Source of the DNA: a bacterium
Lineage (GTDB): Bacteria; Pseudomonadota; Alphaproteobacteria; Rs-D84
NCBI GenBank assembly: GCA_014803525.1
Contig: JAAVBP010000004.1
Span: forward strand, 54,918 to 118,917
DNA length: 64,000 nt
Direction: 5' to 3'
The stretch's first letter is position 1, and each line of letters begins with the position of its first letter. Below are positions 8,836-18,515 of this stretch, in pieces. Below the pieces are notes generated by a model. The model was given only the letters and a program-made list of their open reading frames with translations. It made no database searches and was not told the DNA's origin. Position numbers and translations under genes: made by a program.

Positions 8836-9507
8836 TTAGACCGTTGGAACAAACATCCGAACACCGCCCGCCATATCCGGACGCAAAGACCGCACCAGTC
8901 GCATAGCCTGTTCCATCCGAATGGGCGAATTACCCAATACGAAATGCAAATCGCACGCGCCATCTGTATTTTTTAATGCCGCATACACACGCCCGACAAA
9001 ATCCGACTTGTTTCCTGCGTCGCGCGGCAGTACCAAGACCAATGCACGCGCCCGCAACGTACGCAGTGCCGCGTATACATTATCCCAATCGGCCGCCCCG
9101 ATTTCCGTGATATCAATCCCGATGGATAAATCACGATTAAAGAATAAATCATCGCGAACGCCCGATACCTCGGCTACAAAGGATGGCAAATCCGCCATAC
9201 GCAAGAAAACCTGGGCACCGTGTGCACCCTGTTTAAATGCAGCGTTTATTTGTGCCGCCATATCGGAAATAACCGCGATATTACCACCATGCGCCGGCAA
9301 ATAAAACCGCGCATTAATCCGCACAGGTGTTTTTTCCAACCACGCCCACAGCATTTCAATATCCGATGCCGCGGCCGATACCAGTGTCATACCATGTTCG
9401 ACAATATATTCCGCCGTTTTGGCCAAATCCCCCGTATCCGATGACGCGGCACACCACACAGCCACATTCCCAGACATTTCATCAAAAAAAACATCCATAT
9501 CCATCAT
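8836..9507 (-). CDS. hypothetical protein
   Basis: Long ORF with coding character. I moved the start to the internal Met (MMDMDVFFDE) to avoid overlap with the divergent gene at 9551. Confidence 0.45.
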   Translation of the reverse strand: MMDMDVFFDEMSGNVAVWCAASSDTGDLAKTAEYIVEHGMTLVSAAASDIEMLWAWLEKTPVRINARFYLPAHGGNIAVISDMAAQINAAFKQGAHGAQVFLRMADLPSFVAEVSGVRDDLFFNRDLSIGIDITEIGAADWDNVYAALRTLRARALVLVLPRDAGNKSDFVGRVYAALKNTDGACDLHFVLGNSPIRMEQAMRLVRSLRPDMAGGVRMFVPTV

Positions 9508-9550
9508 TGTACTTTTTACTTTACCATAAATATGATACAATAAAAGACAA

Positions 9551-10456
9551 ATGAGCAAACAAATCGAACGTATTTTTATTTGTCTGTTATGGCTGCTGGC
9601 GACCAGTCTTGGGGCATGCTTTTGGCTGAATACATTTTTTGGATTTAATATCTTTTCCACCCAGCATTGGCAATACCTGGCGTATCTGCAGGCATCCCAG
9701 ACACCTGTGCGCGGCGGTTTTTACATATCGATTATCATTTTGGCCTTGATTACTGTGATTGGGCTGTATGTATTGATGCGTCCGACGGACGCGCTAAGAC
9801 GCCTGCGCCGCGGACGGCGATCACAAAATGCGCCCGCACAAACCACAACAACACAAACAATGACACAGCCCGCACAACAAATCGAAACGGCCGTGCCACA
9901 ACCTGTGCCGGATATCCAACCCACCGCCACACCAAACGTTAACAGACCGCCCCGCCCTATAAACGCACTGCGCGGCGCACAAACACCGGGCACAACGACA
10001 AATGCCGCACCCGCACCATCTGTGATGCCGAACGCGGCACCAAATAATTTCGAAGAAATAAAAAGCATTTTCACCGACGCCGGATATTTGGTAAAACGCA
10101 GCCCGCAAATCGGAAACTTTAAACCGGCCCTGTTTGCAATTGGGACGAACGAACAATTGTGGATGGGCGGCATTGGCATCAGTCAAAAACCAATAATGGA
10201 TGCAGCCGAACGTATGGCAGGAATATTTTCTGACACACTGGATGACATAGAAATAAGTATAAATACTTTTGTCATTGCGCCAACCGAACCGATTGCGAAC
10301 CCGGATATACTGACATTTGATACGGTTAATCAGTTACGTGAATATATTGATGAAAATAAAAATATTCCGCCCACGGATACAGATGGCGGCCAGGAAAACT
10401 TTGACGCATATTCAGAATACATAGACACAGTCATAACATATATGGATAAAACATAA
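9551..10456 (+). CDS. membrane protein with Pro/Thr/Gln-rich linker, unknown function
   Basis: Two N-terminal transmembrane segments, a disordered P/T/Q-rich region, and a C-terminal globular part; first of four co-directional genes. Confidence 0.5.
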   Translation: MSKQIERIFICLLWLLATSLGACFWLNTFFGFNIFSTQHWQYLAYLQASQTPVRGGFYISIIILALITVIGLYVLMRPTDALRRLRRGRRSQNAPAQTTTTQTMTQPAQQIETAVPQPVPDIQPTATPNVNRPPRPINALRGAQTPGTTTNAAPAPSVMPNAAPNNFEEIKSIFTDAGYLVKRSPQIGNFKPALFAIGTNEQLWMGGIGISQKPIMDAAERMAGIFSDTLDDIEISINTFVIAPTEPIANPDILTFDTVNQLREYIDENKNIPPTDTDGGQENFDAYSEYIDTVITYMDKT

Positions 10457-10962
10457 TGCAACTAAGTCAGAATTCTGCAGAAAAAATTATGGCGGATATG
10501 AATATGGACGATATGCCGCTGACACTGTTGCGGCCAACCACGGCCAATTTGCCCGCCGACTGGTTTGCGAAATATAAAATCGCATGTCATAAATTTATGC
10601 AATCACTGACTGATTCCGTCGAAGAATTAGCATTTATAAATCTGAACCAGCAAGAATTTATGGATTTGTTAACCGGCCAGGCAATACCGACGAATATGTC
10701 AATTCGCATGCGTGTTCCAATTTTCTGGGGTGGCGAAATCAGTCCAGAAAATATGTTCATGTGTTCAACATTTCCGCATTCACAAAATATTGACCGTTTT
10801 ATAATCGGACAATCCGGATATGATGCCGTATGGGTTCCAAACCCCGCAAAAAAAATATATGTTTCCGCGCATACCGGTGGCGGCGGTGCCGGCGGAAACG
10901 CAACCGAAGACAGATTGGCCCAAATGGCCGCACAAATCGCGGCCAGTCACGGCATGGAATAA
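10456..10962 (+). CDS. hypothetical protein
   Basis: Stop/start adjacent to the upstream gene (operon); no recognisable motif. Confidence 0.45.
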   Translation: MQLSQNSAEKIMADMNMDDMPLTLLRPTTANLPADWFAKYKIACHKFMQSLTDSVEELAFINLNQQEFMDLLTGQAIPTNMSIRMRVPIFWGGEISPENMFMCSTFPHSQNIDRFIIGQSGYDAVWVPNPAKKIYVSAHTGGGGAGGNATEDRLAQMAAQIAASHGME

Positions 10963-10982
10963 CACGGGGGACATAACAACAC

Positions 10983-11417
10983 ATGACACGCGACGAATTT
11001 TTATCATCTGTGCGCAGCCGCGGTGCATTCACCGCAAATTCTGCAACGCCGCGCGACATCGCAACAACCAATGCGTTACTGCAGGGAATGCGGGCCGCAA
11101 TGTTACCGCCGGCATTAATAGAACTGTATAACGCAACAACCGCCATATCACGCGGCAGTGCATATATCTTTGGTCCGACCGAGGTCCCACGCCCCAACCA
11201 TCACCCCATACCATCCATTATTGATATTAACCGTGACATGGCACACATTCAATCACTGCGTGGAAAAACAATTTTTGCACGAAACGATTTGTTCTTGTTT
11301 ACGTTTGACGCATTCGGTGTATTTTTCATGATGGATCCGTTGAACCTGCGGTGTCTGCGCAAATATGATGACGCATATCGCGCAATGACAGATTGTCTGG
11401 CGGTGGGGAAAATATAG
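10983..11417 (+). CDS. hypothetical protein
   Basis: ORF in the same operon; no recognisable motif. Confidence 0.45.
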   Translation: MTRDEFLSSVRSRGAFTANSATPRDIATTNALLQGMRAAMLPPALIELYNATTAISRGSAYIFGPTEVPRPNHHPIPSIIDINRDMAHIQSLRGKTIFARNDLFLFTFDAFGVFFMMDPLNLRCLRKYDDAYRAMTDCLAVGKI

Positions 11418-11419
11418 TC

Positions 11420-11614
11420 ATGAAAAAAATTTCCGTTTCTTTATCTGGACATCATACCAGTATTTCTATCGAACCTGAATTTATCACAGAACTGAATCAA
11501 ATTGCGGCGCGCCGTGGCGTATCCGTCGCATCAATCATATCGGACATTGATAATTCACGCGATAGACGCAATTTATCATCCGCCGTGCGGGTATGGATTC
11601 TGAAAAACAAGTAA
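11420..11614 (+). CDS. ribbon-helix-helix DNA-binding protein (COG4321-like)
   Basis: KISVSLSGHHTSISIEPEF...NLSSAVRVWIL matches the conserved RHH-family pattern. Confidence 0.5.
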   Translation: MKKISVSLSGHHTSISIEPEFITELNQIAARRGVSVASIISDIDNSRDRRNLSSAVRVWILKNK

Positions 11615-11647
11615 AAAAAAGACCGGTAACTACCGGCTTTTTTTATA
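11613..11647. terminator. bidirectional intrinsic terminator (aaaaaaaagaccggtaactaccggcttttttt)
   Basis: Hairpin flanked by A and T runs. Confidence 0.65.
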
Positions 11648-11652
11648 ATATT

Positions 11653-13608
11653 TTAATCGTCAATCCGGCGACCAAAAATTACCACACCCAACACAGACAC
11701 CAATAAAACAATTATCGTCCACACATCGCGACCAATGCGACGATATGGCGTCATATGCGCGTCACCTGCGCGCCCGTCCAGCCACCCTGTCACACCAATT
11801 GGAATCTGTGAAATAATTTTACCGTCCGGTGCAACAAATGCACTGATACCAGAATAATTTGCACGAATAACCGGCAACCCTGATTCGATCGCATAGCGCC
11901 GCACCATATCCAAATGCTGGTACGTTCCAGGCGTACGCCCAAACCATGTATCATTGGTAATATTGATTATTGCGCTGGGCAATTCACCACGCGGGATCAA
12001 AGAATCAGAAAAAATAATTTCATAACAAATCGCCGGCACAAAAACAAATTCGCGACCATTTATATCGATACTTAATAACCGCGGCCCATCGCCCGACGTC
12101 AGGTCTGCTGGCGACGGCATTATTCCCATTGGACTGTATTCGCCAAACGGTACCAGATGCGATTTTGCATAAATATCGGAAACACGCCCCACAGGTGTGG
12201 CCAACACCATTGAATTATACATATGACCATCCATATACGCCGTTGCCCCCATCACAACAGGCACACCCAATATTTTTGAAAACGGCATATCATCGTCTGT
12301 TATAACAAACGGATACGACGTTTCTGGATAGACAATCAAATCAGGCCGCGCCGACATATCTCCATCGGCCCCCAACGCCAATAACATGCGAACATTACGT
12401 TCGGCACGCGCAATCACATCGGCATGGGAATACGACATCTTTTCATCCTGGGGCGCGGCCGGCTGCACAATACGAACAAGCGGAGAATCCGTATCCGGCA
12501 TTTGATTTGAAATATAAATATTATGACGCCCATACCATACACCACACACCAACATAAAAACGAATACAAGCCACGGAATCATGTACATAGCGCGTTTTTT
12601 CGCACGTAAAAATTCAACCGTCGCCGCGATAATTCCGACTATAATAAACGTCAGCCCAACCGCCCCAAACAATGCCATAGAATTTGCAACCATCGGCATC
12701 GGCATCATAATATTTGCCAAGGGATTCCATGGAAATCCGGTCAACACCCATTCACGCGCCCACAGCACCGCGACCCACGCGCCCGCAAAAACGAATGGTC
12801 TGGCCAAGGGCCGTGCGCGCGCTGCTGCAACAAACGGAAATGAAAAGATAATCGCACCCGCCAACGCCAGCCCCAGTATTCCCGGCACCGTCCATATGGC
12901 AAATTGTTGCGCCAGTTCAGGCACAACATATATTGAATGCAGTGCCCACCAAAACATAGCAACCGAATATGCTGCACCAAATGGTGCCACACATAAAAAC
13001 GTGCGCCATACAGATGTACGCGGTGCACCGGTTATCAACCAATATGCCCCCCCTATCCCCAGCAATGTTATCGGCCACATATAAAACGGTGCAAAACCCA
13101 AGGCCGCCGCCACACCACACGCAATCAACGCAACCGTGCGCCAAAATCCGCCACAACGCTGCGGCATCACACTATCAGATTCATATGGATTTTTTATCCC
13201 CAATTTTTCCAATATTTTTATTTCCTTGGCCTCCATTATTTCAGCCTCGTCATCCTGGATATGATCATATCCCTGCAGATGCAGCATTCCATGCACAACC
13301 ATATGCGCAGTGTGTTCGGCAATCGATATTCCGGCGTCACGCGCCTGGCGCGCAACGGTATCCAGCGATATATAAATATCACCTAATAACAGGTCATCAC
13401 CCAGTTCAAATGATAAAACATTTGTCGGTTTGTCTATCCCGCGATATTCTTTGTTTAATTGATGAATTTCCGTATCATCGGTCAGTATAATAGAAACCTC
13501 AACCCCGGCGCGGCGCGGCCCGGCGGCGGTTGCGATTTTCTTAAAATCTATCTTGTACTTTTTCCAGCGCGGATCGTTATAATTAACAAAAACTTGCATA
13601 TCCATCAC
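11653..13608 (-). CDS. lnt: in-frame fusion: endoribonuclease YbeY domain (about aa 1-145) + apolipoprotein N-acyltransferase Lnt (about aa 148-651)
   Basis: HGMLHLQGYDH zinc motif of YbeY; Lnt transmembrane region plus CN-hydrolase motifs (VYPETSYPF, PAICYEIIF); no stop codon between the two domains. Confidence 0.8.
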   Translation of the reverse strand: MMDMQVFVNYNDPRWKKYKIDFKKIATAAGPRRAGVEVSIILTDDTEIHQLNKEYRGIDKPTNVLSFELGDDLLLGDIYISLDTVARQARDAGISIAEHTAHMVVHGMLHLQGYDHIQDDEAEIMEAKEIKILEKLGIKNPYESDSVMPQRCGGFWRTVALIACGVAAALGFAPFYMWPITLLGIGGAYWLITGAPRTSVWRTFLCVAPFGAAYSVAMFWWALHSIYVVPELAQQFAIWTVPGILGLALAGAIIFSFPFVAAARARPLARPFVFAGAWVAVLWAREWVLTGFPWNPLANIMMPMPMVANSMALFGAVGLTFIIVGIIAATVEFLRAKKRAMYMIPWLVFVFMLVCGVWYGRHNIYISNQMPDTDSPLVRIVQPAAPQDEKMSYSHADVIARAERNVRMLLALGADGDMSARPDLIVYPETSYPFVITDDDMPFSKILGVPVVMGATAYMDGHMYNSMVLATPVGRVSDIYAKSHLVPFGEYSPMGIMPSPADLTSGDGPRLLSIDINGREFVFVPAICYEIIFSDSLIPRGELPSAIINITNDTWFGRTPGTYQHLDMVRRYAIESGLPVIRANYSGISAFVAPDGKIISQIPIGVTGWLDGRAGDAHMTPYRRIGRDVWTIIVLLVSVLGVVIFGRRIDD

Positions 13609-13617
13609 CTCTATACA

Positions 13618-15123
13618 CTATGCCATACCATGCCCATTGAACGTCAAATCTGACAGATCAAAATCCGCGCTATGTGCATTGTTTCCAAGCTTTTTTACCC
13701 CATTATTAAACACCGTCTTTTTATTACCAGTTATATTTATATCACACTGGCCACTGCGACATGCGTCAACAACATCCGCCGGCAATACATCGCGAACTTT
13801 CTGTTTGCCCGCCATTGAATTTCCATTTTTATCCACAGGATTTTTTAACCATTCGTGAAATTTTTTATACGTTGCACGATTAATTTTTCTGTAATTTTTT
13901 GTTTCCTTTGTGAAAAAAGCCTTCTTTTTATCGCCGCCAACCTGGGCACACATTATCTTATAAAATTCAGGCAAGCCATCAACTGGCACATCCAAAATAT
14001 CAACCGGATTTATATCACCGGACAATAATCCTGCCTCTATCCATCTACGATATATCAATCCAGGTGCCGGCTGACCACGCGCGACAATATACAATCCCAC
14101 AACATCCGTCAGCTTTTCTGTTTTATCTAATTCCAACAGCACACGCCCAAAACTTGTTGGATTTTTTACCGGATATTTTTTAAATAATTCGCGAATAGTT
14201 TCATCGGAAATATTTGCACCCTCTTTCTTGTAAATTTTTCGCAACTGGGCAAAACGCTCTCTATGATTCCGGTCATTTTTATCCTCTATTGCACCCGTGC
14301 CCATATTATAAACCATAGAGGCCACCATCAATGCCTTTTTCGTGGAATCAAATATTGATTTTCCCAACCCAACTTCATAGCAATACAATTCAAAGTATGT
14401 TTGTTCATCCAAGTGATTACAAGCCAATTCATATGCCTCGGCCGGTGTGATTGGGGGCGTTTCTGGCGTAACAGATTTCCCATTTAACAACATTGTTGAA
14501 CCAAAACCAATTGTGGGTTTTCCCTTGGCCTGTTGCCCGGGTTTTAATGGTTGCCCGGTCGCATCATCATATACGACGTGCATACCATCCCGCATACGCA
14601 CCCCTTCCACAGATACCAAATGCGCCATCAACAGCGGCGACATTGGGCGTAATTTTTCCCGATATGCCCCATATGTATTTTCTGCATAATGTGACGCATT
14701 CCCAAATGGCGTTATTGACTGCTCTGTCTGGGCAATTTGTTTACCTGCATCTTTGCTGTCTGTAATTTTTTCATATGCCTTGCCCCCGCCAAATGTCATG
14801 GCCGCCGCCAGATAATAAATCAAATGCGCAGATATATTCGGGTTCTTTTTTATGTACGCGGGCAGTACCTTGGGCTGGCCCTGTTTGTTTTTCCCGACAC
14901 GTATTTTGGACAATCCGCGTCCACCCGCACGCAACAAGTGATTATCCAATGCCACATATTTCGTTACCCACAGCAAAAACCGAAATGCATCCGCCTCTAC
15001 CCGCTCTATCTCTTGTTCAAGCATGCCGCCAATTGTGGTTGGTTGGCGGTCCTCTATCTCGCGACTGATACGCGCCATGGTGCGGTGTGGCGTATTTACA
15101 GCGTTTCTAAATTTCTCAGACAT
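13618..15123 (-). CDS. multidomain protein with a central GH24 (phage-type) lysozyme domain; no signal peptide
   Basis: EGVRMRDGMHVVYDDATGQP..TIGFGST...ITPAEAYEL...KKALMVASMVYNMGTGA matches the GH24 lysozyme core; unknown N-terminal (about 180 aa) and C-terminal (about 150 aa) regions. Confidence 0.7.
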   Translation of the reverse strand: MSEKFRNAVNTPHRTMARISREIEDRQPTTIGGMLEQEIERVEADAFRFLLWVTKYVALDNHLLRAGGRGLSKIRVGKNKQGQPKVLPAYIKKNPNISAHLIYYLAAAMTFGGGKAYEKITDSKDAGKQIAQTEQSITPFGNASHYAENTYGAYREKLRPMSPLLMAHLVSVEGVRMRDGMHVVYDDATGQPLKPGQQAKGKPTIGFGSTMLLNGKSVTPETPPITPAEAYELACNHLDEQTYFELYCYEVGLGKSIFDSTKKALMVASMVYNMGTGAIEDKNDRNHRERFAQLRKIYKKEGANISDETIRELFKKYPVKNPTSFGRVLLELDKTEKLTDVVGLYIVARGQPAPGLIYRRWIEAGLLSGDINPVDILDVPVDGLPEFYKIMCAQVGGDKKKAFFTKETKNYRKINRATYKKFHEWLKNPVDKNGNSMAGKQKVRDVLPADVVDACRSGQCDINITGNKKTVFNNGVKKLGNNAHSADFDLSDLTFNGHGMA

Positions 15124-15191
15124 TAAAACTAATCCCTTGTTTATTTAATAAAATAATTATACCATAAAAAGGTAACAAAAACCTAACCAAA

Positions 15192-16457
15192 ATGACTGAT
15201 ATACAACGCCCGCTTGCCGATTTAATGCGCCCCACAGACATAGACAGTGTCGTGGGCCAGACGGCATTACTGGGGGAAAATGGACTGGTGCGCCGCATGG
15301 TTGATGCGGGGAAATTATCAAACCTGATTTTGTGGGGGCCGCCCGGATGCGGCAAGACGACGATTGCCCGCGCATTGGCCGCATCGGTTGATATGGATTT
15401 CGTACCGATGTCCGCCGTATTTTCCGGCACACCCGATATTAAAAAGGCCATGGACGCCGCGCGTCTGCGTCGTGATATCGGTCGCCAAACATTACTGTTT
15501 ATCGACGAAATCCACCGCTTTAATAAAACACAACAGGATACCCTGTTGCCATATCTGGAAGATGGCACAGTTATCTTTATCGGTGCGACAACAGAAAACC
15601 CCAGCTTTAATTTAAATAACGCATTGCTGTCGCGGTGTCATGTTGGTGTACTGACGGCACTGGGGACCGAAGATTTATTGACATTGATGTCACGTGCCGA
15701 AGAATTTATGGACAAGAAACTGCCACTTAGCCCTGATGCGCGCACACATTTGGCCCAGATTGCGGACGGCGACGCACGTTTTATGTTGAACACCGTTGAA
15801 TATTTGTTGACCGCGAAATTCAAACAGGAATTAGATGCAGACGCGTTGGATAACGCCGTCCAGAAACGCGCCCCCATGTCTGATAAATCCGGCGATGAAC
15901 ATTATAATTTAATATCCGCGGTGCATAAATCACTGCGCGCGTCGGATACGGATGCGGCGCTGTATTGGGTGGCACGCATGATGACATCGGGCCAGGATCC
16001 GAAATATATATTCCGCCGCCTGTCGCAATTCGCAATGGAAGATATTGGCCTGGCCGATCCAAATGCGATGCAGATGGCCCTCGCCGCGTGGCAAATATAC
16101 GAACGAATGGGCAGTCCTGATGGCGACCTGGCATTAACGGAATTGGTAATATATCTGGGTACGGCCCCAAAAAGCACCGGAAATTACAAGGCGATGAATG
16201 CCGCATATGCCGCCGCCAAAAAGTATGGCAGCCTGCCACCACCAAAAAACATTTTAAATGCGCCAACAAAAATGATGCGCGAAATGGGATACGGCGCAGG
16301 ATATATTTATGACCCAGACACCGCATCCGGATGCAGTGGCCAAAACTGTTTCCCGGAACAAATGGGACGCCAAAAATTCTATCACCCAATTGAACGTGGG
16401 TTCGAACGCGAAATAAAAAAACGCCTGGAATACTGGGACAGCTTTCGCAAGAAATAA
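15192..16457 (+). CDS. rarA: replication-associated recombination protein A (AAA+ ATPase)
   Basis: Walker A motif GPPGCGKTT; MgsA/RarA C-terminal domain. Confidence 0.9.
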   Translation: MTDIQRPLADLMRPTDIDSVVGQTALLGENGLVRRMVDAGKLSNLILWGPPGCGKTTIARALAASVDMDFVPMSAVFSGTPDIKKAMDAARLRRDIGRQTLLFIDEIHRFNKTQQDTLLPYLEDGTVIFIGATTENPSFNLNNALLSRCHVGVLTALGTEDLLTLMSRAEEFMDKKLPLSPDARTHLAQIADGDARFMLNTVEYLLTAKFKQELDADALDNAVQKRAPMSDKSGDEHYNLISAVHKSLRASDTDAALYWVARMMTSGQDPKYIFRRLSQFAMEDIGLADPNAMQMALAAWQIYERMGSPDGDLALTELVIYLGTAPKSTGNYKAMNAAYAAAKKYGSLPPPKNILNAPTKMMREMGYGAGYIYDPDTASGCSGQNCFPEQMGRQKFYHPIERGFEREIKKRLEYWDSFRKK

Positions 16458-16959
16458 GAATCAAAATCCACATGAATATATTCTTGTAAACCCGGCAAAT
16501 CTATTATATAATAATACATGAATCCAGATGGGAATTTGGGTTCGGGGCCTTAGAAAAGCTCGTCAAGTACGGTGCAAATTGCATCTGTCTGAAATCCATA
16601 TACGGCTGCATCCTTGCACCGTTACACTCTGGCAACAATATATGGTCGGGGTGCCGTTGGTTATAAGATTTGTCAAAGGCTAACGGGGGCACTTACTTGA
16701 TGCTTTTTCTAACACCCCGGCCTTCCACTCTCTGGCGGGTTTATTTTTTTACAGGGCGGTAGTTTGGCAATTGTGCACCTTCTCATCAACAGTGCCGCCG
16801 CCCAACTGTTTTATTCTTTCAGAATTCATATGCGTTATGCACGCATCCGTGACCCGTGCGTGTCATGACCAGAAAATCCCACGCGAACCCACCACGGGAA
16901 TTATATTTCCGCGGGCCCCGGTATGGGCGGAGGCAAATAGATTAAGCCCAAAACGAACT

Positions 16960-17203
16960 ATTTGCATTCAAAAAAACAATCCGTTATAACATGCGGGCAT
17001 CGGGTGACGCCCGGCGCGAGGCTTCAAAACCTCTGTGCAAGAATCCTCCAGCATTGGTTGGAGGGTCGTGATATAAATGAATAAACGACGCTACATCTTG
17101 CAGTAGTTTTGAACCTCCAACCGTCTTTCGTCAGGACGGTGTTTTTTATTAATAAAAACCACGGAGGAAAAAATATAAACCAATTGACAAGACGGCCCAT
17201 CGC
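16960..17203 (+). promoter_or_regulatory. conserved structured leader element, copy L2 (plus orientation)
   Basis: TTGCAT at 16962-16967, 17-nt spacer, TATAAC at 16985-16990; same helices as L1/L3/L4; terminator ccgtctttcgtcaggacgg + T-run. Confidence 0.55.
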
Positions 17204-17467
17204 ATGGGCGCAATGCTACGTCGGGCACGCCAGATGTGCCACATGTCGACAGATGATGCATCGATGCTGCTGCATATTATGCCAAACGAACTTGCACAAT
17301 ATGAACGTGGTGTATGCGAAATACCAATAAATATACTAGAGCACATTTTTATAATGGCATACAAAATGATACAGGTTCGTAAACAAGAAAAAAGATACCA
17401 GCACCAGCGTGTATTGTTTTACAAACTAAAAAAAGGAACAGATAAAGCACGAGTGACAGATTACTGA
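17109..17467 (+). pseudogene. XRE-type HTH regulator paralog, apparently degraded (start codon lost, frameshift)
   Basis: The N-terminus (KNINQLTRRPIAW) is in a different frame from the body (MGAMLRRARQ...EIPINILE), compared with the intact paralog 47554..47844. Confidence 0.45.
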
Positions 17468-17471
17468 TCAC

Positions 17472-17499
17472 AAAAAAACGGGGCGATGCCCCATTTTTT
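17472..17499. terminator. bidirectional intrinsic terminator (aaaaaaacggggcgatgccccatttttt)
   Basis: Hairpin flanked by A and T runs. Confidence 0.65.
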
Positions 17500-18205
17500 A
17501 TAATTCTACCTTGCCATTTGTGGCGACCAGATCCGCCATCATTTCTATTTGACCACCAGCCTCGCACACGATCAAATCACCCGCCGCGATTTCAGCAAAA
17601 TCCAATGCATCTGATACAAACGCATCAAAACGGCCCGCCGCAACCCATGCCAGATCCAATGCCGGACATCCCGTGCGACGCGGATTGGCGCAACGCGGCG
17701 CACGAATATCCGACGTATTATATGCAATCGTTAAATCCGCCGGATCATCCAGGTTTGATACCTTTAACCGCGCAGAATGAAATGCAGAAAACGCGTATGC
17801 ACCACTGCCCTGCTCTGCATAAAACAGATTTTCATCAATCGGGGAATAAACCAGCGCAATTTTCGTTTCATCATTTGTACGCAATGCCAATGATATCGCA
17901 AAACGCGGATTGGCACGAACAAAGTTCGACGCACCAGATATGGCCAAAACAAATTCATCACGCCCATCACCGGGACGACTGATATTCGGGGTCAACAACC
18001 CTGCCGCCGGTCGCACCAACAACAAATCGCGCAGTATACTTTCTTCGATACGTGCCGATGCCTTTTGCACAAAGTCACGTGCCCCGCGCAGGGATTGCTG
18101 TAATTGTTCAACCTCGCCAAAATCGCGACGCAGACCATCGGCCGTACGTTGCAGTGCGTTGAACATTTTATTTAGTTCTGTTGAACCTTTTAACAGCAAA
18201 TCCAT
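17498..18205 (-). CDS. suhB: inositol monophosphatase family protein
   Basis: IMPase motifs (ALDLAWVAAGRFDAF); start trimmed to avoid overlap with rpmE. Confidence 0.7.
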   Translation of the reverse strand: MDLLLKGSTELNKMFNALQRTADGLRRDFGEVEQLQQSLRGARDFVQKASARIEESILRDLLLVRPAAGLLTPNISRPGDGRDEFVLAISGASNFVRANPRFAISLALRTNDETKIALVYSPIDENLFYAEQGSGAYAFSAFHSARLKVSNLDDPADLTIAYNTSDIRAPRCANPRRTGCPALDLAWVAAGRFDAFVSDALDFAEIAAGDLIVCEAGGQIEMMADLVATNGKVEL

Positions 18206-18233
18206 TTTGCGCCCCCGTTCCCCCACTGTTAAA

Positions 18234-18446
18234 TTAGAAATTAAAGCCTGCAAACTTTTTCTTAAATTCACTGGCACGCTGACCCTTGTCACCGGCGTTT
18301 GTACGCTGACCGGTCCATGCGGAATGATTCAAGTTATCGGTCGACAGGATCAAATCCTTTTTAACCGAAGAATACATTTTAACCGTGTTACCATCCGTCA
18401 TTGTGACGTTGATTTCATGATAATCGGGATGAATACCTTTTTTCAT
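18234..18446 (-). CDS. rpmE: 50S ribosomal protein L31
   Basis: MKKGIHPDYHEI N-terminus. Confidence 0.9.
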   Translation of the reverse strand: MKKGIHPDYHEINVTMTDGNTVKMYSSVKKDLILSTDNLNHSAWTGQRTNAGDKGQRASEFKKKFAGFNF

Positions 18447-18515
18447 TATAATACCCTTTTTACGTTATATTAGCCTGTGGATTATACAAGCATTTTTGCG
18501 AAAATCAAGCGTTAG

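Noticed and set aside
12581-13490. Plus-strand ORFs of 167-173 aa inside the ybeY-lnt gene
   Set aside because: They are antisense to a gene with clear Lnt motifs, so they are shadow ORFs.
13618-15123. Prophage lysis cassette
   Set aside because: The lysozyme domain is embedded in a 501-aa multidomain protein, and no holin, spanin, capsid, terminase or integrase gene is nearby.
15116-15568. 150-aa minus-strand ORF overlapping the rarA start
   Set aside because: It is antisense to a well-supported rarA and yields an Arg/Ser-rich translation typical of an antisense frame.
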